A stretch of DNA of 22,887 bases from an uncultured virus (IMG/VR IMGVR_UViG_3300032893_000022) (lineage: Duplodnaviria > Heunggongvirae > Uroviricota > Caudoviricetes): the IMG/VR virus record IMGVR_UViG_3300032893_000022; one strand, given 5' to 3'. Shown in pieces: positions 7,843 to 14,967 of this stretch. Position 1 is the stretch's first letter. Each line of letters starts with the position of its first letter. The notes below the pieces were generated by a model. The model had not been told where the DNA came from. It saw only the letters and a list, made by a program, of their open reading frames with translations, and searched no databases. The position numbers and the translations under genes are program-made.

Positions 7843-8671
7843 TTTTAGCCGCCAATAATAAATGTACATTATGAGAAAATTCTTCAAAAGTTGGGGCATA
7901 GCATCCTAGATGCTTTACAGATTCTCCGGCGGCTATACAAGCAATATCCATCGCCCATTCTTCGGTTTCACCTTTAGCTAATTCGCTTGTGAACCAGGAA
8001 ACAAATGTATCGCCTGCGCCAGTTACATCTACAACATTATCTACTCTATGTTGCACATGATAATCTTCGTAATCCTTTCGCATTAAAACTGCACCATTTT
8101 CTCCAATAGTTTTTAAAATTTTATAATCGTTACGTTTAGGAAAAAGTTTATTATATTCACTTTGATTAACTTTTAAATAATCAACACCACAATAAAAGGA
8201 AGATCCTCGACTTTTATGACCATCAGCTATAATTACAGCCTTTGGATTGTAATTTCTAATCGCTTTAATAATTTCTTGAATAAATTCTTCTGTAAAGAAG
8301 CCTTTGTTATAATCTTGAAGAATAACTGCATTTACATCTTTATTACTTTTTATAAATCGTAAAAGAAGGGATTTTTCCATTTTCGAGAGTTCATCAGTAT
8401 TGTCTTCATCAATTCTATAAAGATAATGCTTACCTGCATAATATCTATTTTTCTTTGTTGTTGGATATTCAAAGTTATCTTTTGTATAGCTTATGACTTC
8501 ATTGCCCGCAGCTTCAAGATTTCTAATGACATTTCCAGACATTCCAGGAATTTCTTCTTTAGATTCTATGGAGAATATAGGAATAGGAGCTTCTGGAGAG
8601 ATTTTATGGACATTGCCATAATAATTTACGTCCACGCATATATCTCCTAAGACTAAAATTCTATTAGCCAC
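7832..8671 (-). CDS. Stand-alone D-glycero-D-manno-heptose-7-phosphate kinase (HldE/RfaE domain I, PfkB family)
   Basis: ILVLGDICVD..YYG..KISPEAPIP, PGMSGNV, VILQDYNKG, DVTGAGDT. No C-terminal adenylyltransferase domain. Confidence 0.88.
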   Translation of the reverse strand: MANRILVLGDICVDVNYYGNVHKISPEAPIPIFSIESKEEIPGMSGNVIRNLEAAGNEVISYTKDNFEYPTTKKNRYYAGKHYLYRIDEDNTDELSKMEKSLLLRFIKSNKDVNAVILQDYNKGFFTEEFIQEIIKAIRNYNPKAVIIADGHKSRGSSFYCGVDYLKVNQSEYNKLFPKRNDYKILKTIGENGAVLMRKDYEDYHVQHRVDNVVDVTGAGDTFVSWFTSELAKGETEEWAMDIACIAAGESVKHLGCYAPTFEEFSHNVHLLLAAKNES

Positions 8672-9269
8672 GAGTTATATCCTCAAATTTATCTAAATAT
8701 GTAAATCCTACATTCTTTAAATCTAAACATTTTACATTAGAAAAAAGTTCTTGTCCATAAGATTTCTTGAATCCAATTAAACCCCACGCTGAATATTTTG
8801 TGTCATTGGATAAGTAATCAGGTTTTTCTAATAAAACATATCTAGGAGTTATGATGCCCCATTTATCTGGGTCTGTAACCTCGTGTAAGGCTATTACAGC
8901 GTTGTTTCCAAGTTCAAGGCCACGTTGTATATCTTGTATACATTTAAAGCTGCTAAATCGAGTGTCTGGAAGAATTAACATATTATTTTCAACCCAGTGA
9001 TCTTTAGAAGCTAAAACAGTTTCATTCCATTCACCTTTTACTTCTATATCTATAAACTCAACTCCTTGATTAAAAAGATATTGTCTAAGATCTTGTTTTT
9101 CCTTACGAGTTATGACAAGAGGTTCCATTTTAAAAGCTTTACAAAGATCTAGAGCATATTGGATGATAGGTTGATGTTTATATCCAGGATCTGGAAGCAT
9201 TTCTTTGGATTTATTCATTGCCATGGACATTCGGGTTCCGAAGCCCGCAGCTGGAATTATACACTTCAT
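8664..9269 (-). CDS. Sugar-phosphate nucleotidyltransferase (RmlA/HddC-like NTP_transferase fold)
   Basis: IIPAAGFGTRM...KEMLP...PIIQY, LILPDT, WGII...EKP. Start at ATG 9269 is ATGA-coupled to the upstream stop. Confidence 0.82.
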   Translation of the reverse strand: MKCIIPAAGFGTRMSMAMNKSKEMLPDPGYKHQPIIQYALDLCKAFKMEPLVITRKEKQDLRQYLFNQGVEFIDIEVKGEWNETVLASKDHWVENNMLILPDTRFSSFKCIQDIQRGLELGNNAVIALHEVTDPDKWGIITPRYVLLEKPDYLSNDTKYSAWGLIGFKKSYGQELFSNVKCLDLKNVGFTYLDKFEDITRG

Positions 9270-9535
9270 ATGTATTTTTTCCAATCAATTTCATCTTGCC
9301 AATTACCTTCAGTAAATCCCATAATTCGATAAAATTTTCCATTTAAAAAATCATAAGAATGACAAGTTCCATATGATCCTTGAACTTCAAAACCCATTGC
9401 ATTCCAATCAAATTCTTCATCTTCATTACCATCAAAATCAGCTTTTCTTCCAGAATAATCTTGAATTCTAACATCTAATCCTTTTTCATGGAGACGTTTA
9501 AAAAATTCTTTTGCTAATTTAAGATCTGTTTTCAT
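9266..9535 (-). CDS. Hypothetical acidic protein inside the sugar cluster
   Basis: 89 aa, ATGA-coupled on both sides. Confidence 0.6.
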   Translation of the reverse strand: MKTDLKLAKEFFKRLHEKGLDVRIQDYSGRKADFDGNEDEEFDWNAMGFEVQGSYGTCHSYDFLNGKFYRIMGFTEGNWQDEIDWKKYI

Positions 9536-10374
9536 TTAACTTTCTCCGCGTAATCTCTAAGAAATTCTAAAAAATCACCTTCGGCTTTATAACGATTTTG
9601 GTGAGTACTGATATTTTCAGGATGATTAAGATCTAACCCACTATATTGAAAACAAGTTAATTCATGAAAATAATTACCCATTATATTAGAATCATTTAAA
9701 ATTGTATATCTGTTATTTAATTTCATAAAATTTCCTGGTTTATATCTCCAATAAGCATAATTATATCCTGGATCTCTAAGTATTCTAACCTTATCCACAA
9801 AAAAAGGCAAGAAATTTAACCAACTTTGATCTAGATAGGTTTCTTTTGTTGTTTTAACCTTTGTTTTCATTATTTCATCTTGCCATTCCAAGAACTTAAT
9901 AATTTCTGGACAATTTCTAAAGGATATAACATCTGTTGAAATATGTCCAGTGAAACTTACTGAAGCATTACTAGGAAATTTATCATCTTCTGGAAGGGGT
10001 TCTAGGATATGAGGAGTAACTACTGCTTGACATGTATTTCCATAAATAAATGGATCTATTAATTTATTTGGAAATTGAAAAAATTCAACTTTAGCTCCGA
10101 GAAAAACTACTACATCATATCCTTCTTTAAAAGTTTCCAAAACTGCTCTAGCTCTTAAACTACAAATGCGTTCTAATCTATTATAAGAAGGATCACATTC
10201 ATTATACCAGTCATTTATATGAATATATTGATCATAATCTAATTGTCTTTGATCATTGCCTATATAAAAAAACATTTGTTTATAATATGGAGCGTGTTTT
10301 TTTAAAGAATTATATAATACGTCGTAGTATTTTAAGTACTCCTCGCTGCATATAGCAATAAAACAAACTTTCAT
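9532..10374 (-). CDS. GT-A-fold glycosyltransferase-like protein
   Basis: N-terminal AICSEEYL...LYNSLKKH, VTPHILEP, FLEW, DQSWLNFLP...ILRDPGYNYAYW...FQYSG resemble a widespread bacterial GT-A (GT8-like) family. Confidence 0.7.
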   Translation of the reverse strand: MKVCFIAICSEEYLKYYDVLYNSLKKHAPYYKQMFFYIGNDQRQLDYDQYIHINDWYNECDPSYNRLERICSLRARAVLETFKEGYDVVVFLGAKVEFFQFPNKLIDPFIYGNTCQAVVTPHILEPLPEDDKFPSNASVSFTGHISTDVISFRNCPEIIKFLEWQDEIMKTKVKTTKETYLDQSWLNFLPFFVDKVRILRDPGYNYAYWRYKPGNFMKLNNRYTILNDSNIMGNYFHELTCFQYSGLDLNHPENISTHQNRYKAEGDFLEFLRDYAEKVK

Positions 10375-10922
10375 AGTTTTTGAATCACCAATTCTATTTC
10401 ATATTGACCAGGACTATGTACTTCTTCGGGCGTTGAATAATCATGACCTTTGTCATTATCTTGCAAGTGACGAACTCTAAAACCATTAACAGAAAGCGCG
10501 TCTTCAAATTCTTTCAATAAATTAGACGGTCGATAAAACACTTTATGATCTTGGTTCCAACGACTAGGCAACTGGGCTCTTTTTTCATATAAATCTTGAT
10601 GTGGCACCACAGTAATAATATATCCGCCAGATTTTACGACTCTAAACCATTCTCTAATAACTTCCGCACGATTAGAAATGTGCTCTAAAACATGGGAAGA
10701 ATAGACATGTTGTTGAGAATTATCTGGAAATGGAAGATGAATTCCGTCATAGCCAGGATAATTAAGATCTACTCCAATGGCACCAGCTAAAATTGGCACA
10801 ACATTTTCTTCATAACCTTTATATCCAATATCAAGACCGTTGCCCCACATATATTTTAGAAAAAACCCATTGGAAAGCTTTTCGACATAGGTTTTTTTAG
10901 ATTCTCCACCTACGTTTCTCAT
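10371..10922 (-). CDS. Class I SAM-dependent methyltransferase
   Basis: GLDIGYKG (motif I), LPFPDNS..VYSSHVLEHI, EWFRVVKSGGYI..VVP. Confidence 0.88.
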   Translation of the reverse strand: MRNVGGESKKTYVEKLSNGFFLKYMWGNGLDIGYKGYEENVVPILAGAIGVDLNYPGYDGIHLPFPDNSQQHVYSSHVLEHISNRAEVIREWFRVVKSGGYIITVVPHQDLYEKRAQLPSRWNQDHKVFYRPSNLLKEFEDALSVNGFRVRHLQDNDKGHDYSTPEEVHSPGQYEIELVIQKL

Positions 10923-11101
10923 AAAATATTCTTTTTAATTTTTTCATATTCATCTAATGATATTTTATAAGATAAATTTGAATAAAAAGATTCTTTCATT
11001 TTTATTTCTACATAATTGTTATATTTAGACAAATAATGTATTTCGGCAATTGGAATCATTCTTGTGTGCTCATTAATATCAGTAAATTCTAAAAATTTCA
11101 C
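10919..11101 (-). CDS. Hypothetical protein, weak LytTR-like pattern
   Basis: IPIAEIHYLSKYNNYVEIKM...KISLDEYEK. Confidence 0.45.
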   Translation of the reverse strand: MKFLEFTDINEHTRMIPIAEIHYLSKYNNYVEIKMKESFYSNLSYKISLDEYEKIKKNIL

Positions 11102-12048
11102 AAAACCTTCTCCAAAGCTTCGATAAAATCTTCCACTCTCAAAGATTTAATCATTTCGTAATCTCCATAATAACAAAAACGGAGATCCACGTCAAAAAGA
11201 AAATCTATATTGGATTGAAAAAATCTATCTATACAGGTTTCTGGAGGAACAATTGGATAACAATTCCACCCAAGTTGATTGTTTCTATATGGTAAACGAA
11301 GATGTGGAGCTACACTAGTATAAGCACTAATTATAGGAGTATCGGTACATCCAGCAACATGGAGCAATCCATTATCAAGTCCAATAATGCATTTACTTCC
11401 CGCAATAATTTTTCCAGCTTCCAAAAGACTAGTTTTATCAACTAAACTTATACCTTTTGTGTAATCTATTTCATTGTTGAAATTTCCAATAATATCATCA
11501 ACTCCAGAGACTCCAGTATTTGCTTGACGACTTCCAAGAAAAACCACTGGCATATTTCTTTCATTGAGATATTTAACAATTGCGTTGACTTTTTCAGGAA
11601 GAAACTCACGGATTTTTGCAGTAAAGCCTGTGGTTATTACTACATAATCTTTCGGTAAATCAAACTTCTCAATTTTTATTGGATTCAAATCTAGTTTAAG
11701 ATAATTTTTATGTTCAGGACCAACTTGTTTATTAGCTAAACAATTAAAATTATAATCCACCAAATGTGTAGATAAACTATCATGTCCTTTAAGACGAGTT
11801 TGACGACCTGGCCAATTACTATTGAATGATTTCTTCATCTTTGAAAAAGATCTAATAATCATATTAGGTAACATATTTCTAGCCAATGGTAGGAAATAAT
11901 CAGGAACATAAAGATAAGGAACAACCCATGGATAGGTATCTTGGATAAATTTCATTGCAGGAAGTGCGGCTATGTTGTCCCCCATCCCACCTGTGTTTAA
12001 AACAAAATTCACGTTAACTCTTGGGAATTCCGTTCCTTTTCTAAGCAA
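11098..12048 (-). CDS. Glycosyltransferase family 9 (heptosyltransferase-like, GT-B fold)
   Basis: GGMGDNIAALPAMKFI, VVFLGS, SLVDKTSLLEAGKIIAGSKCIIGLDNGLLHVAGCTDTPIISAY match the WaaC/WaaF GD... and DSG..H.A motifs. Confidence 0.88.
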   Translation of the reverse strand: MLRKGTEFPRVNVNFVLNTGGMGDNIAALPAMKFIQDTYPWVVPYLYVPDYFLPLARNMLPNMIIRSFSKMKKSFNSNWPGRQTRLKGHDSLSTHLVDYNFNCLANKQVGPEHKNYLKLDLNPIKIEKFDLPKDYVVITTGFTAKIREFLPEKVNAIVKYLNERNMPVVFLGSRQANTGVSGVDDIIGNFNNEIDYTKGISLVDKTSLLEAGKIIAGSKCIIGLDNGLLHVAGCTDTPIISAYTSVAPHLRLPYRNNQLGWNCYPIVPPETCIDRFFQSNIDFLFDVDLRFCYYGDYEMIKSLRVEDFIEALEKVL

Positions 12049-12349
12049 GTTTCTTTAAATCCTTTTCGGAAAAATATGTGTCTAAACTCATATCTTTATA
12101 AAATAATTCTACTCTTACAAAATTTCTTTTATCTTTAAAATCATCATCTTGAGCACCATATCCAACAACTAAACCTTTAAGTTTCACTCTACGAGCTTTA
12201 GATAAAAGCCACATTGCAATTTCTTCGTAATATTCTTTCCTAAATTCCCTAGTACTAGGTGTTTCAAAAACTTCTACAATATGTTCAGTATGCCAACTAT
12301 GACATTTAGCGGTTAATTGAACTTTGTCTCCGGGTTTTAATTTATTCAT
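12041..12349 (-). CDS. Hypothetical protein (possible SH3/KOW-like barrel)
   Basis: LKPGDKVQL...KGLVVGY...VRVELF...FSEKDL pattern. Confidence 0.55.
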   Translation of the reverse strand: MNKLKPGDKVQLTAKCHSWHTEHIVEVFETPSTREFRKEYYEEIAMWLLSKARRVKLKGLVVGYGAQDDDFKDKRNFVRVELFYKDMSLDTYFSEKDLKKLA

Positions 12350-13017
12350 CTTAAATTCTCCAATAATTCCTTATTTTTTTTAAGTGTATAATTTGGAAAC
12401 ATTTTTATATCTATAACCTTAGCAAATATTTTAACAGTATCGTGAAGTTTTTTCAAGAGTTTTGTTTGAGAATAATTACCATCAAAATTTTCTACAAGAG
12501 ATAAACTATCGTCTTCTTTAAAATAAACCCATATCCTATTACCTTCAACATATTCTGTATTATCTATTGCATCTCTAATCTTGGATTCATTGGTTCTTGG
12601 GGAATTCATAGTTTTGTCAGTAATTGTCTTTCTTGCAGCAAATCGTTTAATATCTTTTATATCCAAAATCTCTTTGGCATACTTATTGTATAAATCTAGA
12701 TAATTATCATTATCATTAAGCATTAAATTTAACATTTCTTTAATAAATTCACGCAAAGCTAATTCTTTTCCTGGGGCTTTTATGGCAGATCCTTTATATT
12801 TGATTTCACCTTTTTCATCTAAGAGAACATAATTTTTAGCTTTTAAAATTATAACCTTTTTGTAATAACCGTCATCACTCCAAGTCATAAACTCTGGAGA
12901 TTTATCGTTAATATCCTTAATAAAAGCTTTTCGTTCTTCTAAGGGAATAAAAGAACCATCTGGTTTACAAAATGAGATCGAATCTGTGTCTACATTGGCT
13001 ATTTGAAAGTTATTCAC
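12346..13017 (-). CDS. Family B DNA polymerase, C-terminal part (motif C, palm/thumb)
   Basis: IANVDTDSISF (motif C), KAKNYVL...KYKGS. Likely start GTG 13017 overlaps the mini-gene TGA (GTGA); the ORF track starts at TTG 13035. Confidence 0.88.
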   Translation of the reverse strand: MNNFQIANVDTDSISFCKPDGSFIPLEERKAFIKDINDKSPEFMTWSDDGYYKKVIILKAKNYVLLDEKGEIKYKGSAIKAPGKELALREFIKEMLNLMLNDNDNYLDLYNKYAKEILDIKDIKRFAARKTITDKTMNSPRTNESKIRDAIDNTEYVEGNRIWVYFKEDDSLSLVENFDGNYSQTKLLKKLHDTVKIFAKVIDIKMFPNYTLKKNKELLENLR

Positions 13018-13115
13018 TTCTTTTTTCTCATACAAGCTTTAGAACAAATATCAGGATATTCCATAGATGATTTGAAATATTCCCTACCACAAACTTTACA
13101 CTTCACTAGACTCAT
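13014..13115 (-). CDS. 33-aa four-Cys (zinc-finger-like) mini-protein between the two PolB halves
   Basis: Not in ORF track. AAGGAG (13128-13123) lies 7 nt before ATG 13115. MSLVKCKVCGREYFKSSMEYPDICSKACMRKKK* (CxxC...CxxxC). Confidence 0.75.
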   Translation of the reverse strand: MSLVKCKVCGREYFKSSMEYPDICSKACMRKKK

Positions 13116-14643
13116 CTTTGTTCTCCTTCATATATTGCTTATAAAATTCCATATCTTTTCCAGAAGCCCATTTCAAACTAAATTCTATTATATCTCGCGT
13201 CTCTTTGGTAATCTTTTTTGCCATCCACAAACAATTAAAATTAAGACCAGCAGTATTACAAAGACCATATGCACTATTGATAACAATTTTATTGGCTTGT
13301 TCACGATCGTAATAATAGCGGTCTTTAGTTTCTTTATATTTATCCTTAAGCTCAAATCGTTCATAAGTAAAATGATGAACCATTTTATAGAAATTACCAT
13401 TGGGATCTTTTTCTTTATCATAAAGTTTAAAACGTAATATTTGCGAAGGATATGCAGATTTAAGATCTATCTTTATGACATTACTATATATTCCAGGAAT
13501 ACCAAAACTAATGCCCCCTTTCACATATTCAACCTCACTAGCTTTAGGAACACTATGCGCTTCTTGGATATAACTTCTCAATAAAAAAGAATTGAGTTGT
13601 GAGCCACTTGCACTACAAATCATTTCCTGAAAACTCTTTGGAACACTTTGGGAAAGATAAAACTTAGCTGGACACATTAAATCAAACAACGCAAGAGCAT
13701 CGTCGCTATCATCTACGCAATATTCTTTTATTTTGACCCATTCTTCAGGGATATGATATTTAAAGCGTATTTGATTTGCATCATAAAATGTTCGACCAGG
13801 TTTTTCAAGTTTTTCTTTATTAACAATATACTTTAATCCATAACTATCATATTTCTTTTCAACAATATCATAATCAATGGATAGAAAATAGGTATCTACA
13901 ATTTCTCGGCCATAAACTTTAGAACTTTTAAATTCAATGTCTTGAGTTTGATCTTTACGTTTATAACTTGAATATTTATTGAACTTTATGGGACTTTCAT
14001 CACGACCTAGATAAAGATTAGTTTTAAATTTCTTCGCGCGGCTATATAAATAAGGTAAATCAAAACAGAAAACATTGTGTCCAATAAGACAATCGGGATT
14101 CCAAAGTCTTACATACTCACACCAGTCATCAATCATCGCACCTTCATCTTCATAATCATCATAGGCGAATAGATGTTTATATATTTTTCCTTGGTGACGA
14201 AAGGTATTGGAAATTAAAAGGAGTTTAGCTTCGGGAATTTCAGGGTCTAAACTTGTGGTTTCTATATCAAAAGAAAGAACAGAAAGATCTTTGGGCTTTA
14301 AACCTTTATAATAAGTTAAACCTTTGTTGACCATGGAAGATTCTTTTCCATCATTAATACAAAAAACATCTTCACCATCTTGATTTAAAAAGAATTTAGC
14401 CTGTTTCATTTCAGGTAAAGTTCTATATTGCTTTCCCCATTTATAATAAAGATCACCTTTAAGTTTTACCCAAGATTTATCTATAGGATTCGCAGATAAA
14501 ATCCAGTATTTATTAGGAATGCTAGATTCTTTTAAAGATCCATCTGGAAAACGTTGCCAAATTTTTAAAGATTCAACTTCAGGCTCGATACTCGTGATAT
14601 AAGGCATAGGATCTTTACCATAGATGAGTCTTTCATTCATCAT
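13096..14643 (-). CDS. Family B DNA polymerase, N-terminal part (3'-5' exonuclease, motifs A and B)
   Basis: ExoI SFDIET, ExoII GHNVFCFDLPYL, ExoIII YCVDD, motif A KIDLKSAYPS, motif B KIVINSAYG. Lacks DTDS. Confidence 0.92.
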   Translation of the reverse strand: MMNERLIYGKDPMPYITSIEPEVESLKIWQRFPDGSLKESSIPNKYWILSANPIDKSWVKLKGDLYYKWGKQYRTLPEMKQAKFFLNQDGEDVFCINDGKESSMVNKGLTYYKGLKPKDLSVLSFDIETTSLDPEIPEAKLLLISNTFRHQGKIYKHLFAYDDYEDEGAMIDDWCEYVRLWNPDCLIGHNVFCFDLPYLYSRAKKFKTNLYLGRDESPIKFNKYSSYKRKDQTQDIEFKSSKVYGREIVDTYFLSIDYDIVEKKYDSYGLKYIVNKEKLEKPGRTFYDANQIRFKYHIPEEWVKIKEYCVDDSDDALALFDLMCPAKFYLSQSVPKSFQEMICSASGSQLNSFLLRSYIQEAHSVPKASEVEYVKGGISFGIPGIYSNVIKIDLKSAYPSQILRFKLYDKEKDPNGNFYKMVHHFTYERFELKDKYKETKDRYYYDREQANKIVINSAYGLCNTAGLNFNCLWMAKKITKETRDIIEFSLKWASGKDMEFYKQYMKENKDESSEV

Positions 14644-14645
14644 TA

Positions 14646-14966
14646 TTAATTACTCGTTCCATCTGTAGGGAGTTGACTAAGAATTTCATCAAATCCATCA
14701 CTGTCTTTAACGATATCCCCTCCAGCGATTAAATCTTTTCTTAAAAATCTTGTAATTCCATCTGGAGTATCTCCAAGATATATATAAGTATCATCAATAT
14801 CAAGAACAAAACCTCTAACGGCTAAAGGATTTTGTTGAATTAAACTACCTTCTTCACTATGATCTTCACTTTTAAAATACACCGATAAAATAAATTCAAC
14901 CTGTTGGCCCATAAAATTGGCCGCAAACACATTTTGGACAAAGTCTTGATCATCTTTTTTACTCAT
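14646..14966 (-). CDS. Hypothetical protein, possible Sm/Hfq-like beta-barrel
   Basis: Likely start ATG 14966 (MSKKDD), 1 nt after the helicase stop. GQQVEFIL...VRGFVLDIDDTYIYL...FLRKDLI. Confidence 0.55.
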   Translation of the reverse strand: MSKKDDQDFVQNVFAANFMGQQVEFILSVYFKSEDHSEEGSLIQQNPLAVRGFVLDIDDTYIYLGDTPDGITRFLRKDLIAGGDIVKDSDGFDEILSQLPTDGTSN

Positions 14967-14967
14967 A

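Noticed and set aside
10371..10922. DNA methyltransferase
   Set aside because: Lacks DPPY/NPPY or PC motifs. The SHVLEH type and sugar-gene context point to a small-molecule or glycan methyltransferase.
13014..13098. Stop-codon recoding, intein or self-splicing intron as the explanation for the PolB split
   Set aside because: The gap contains TAA, TAG and TGA in frame, other genes read normally in the standard code, and the gap is far too short for a group I/II intron or intein.
6289..13421. Nested same-strand ORFs 6289-6477 and 13188-13421
   Set aside because: Fully inside the RNA ligase and PolB genes in alternate frames, with no motifs or supporting signals.
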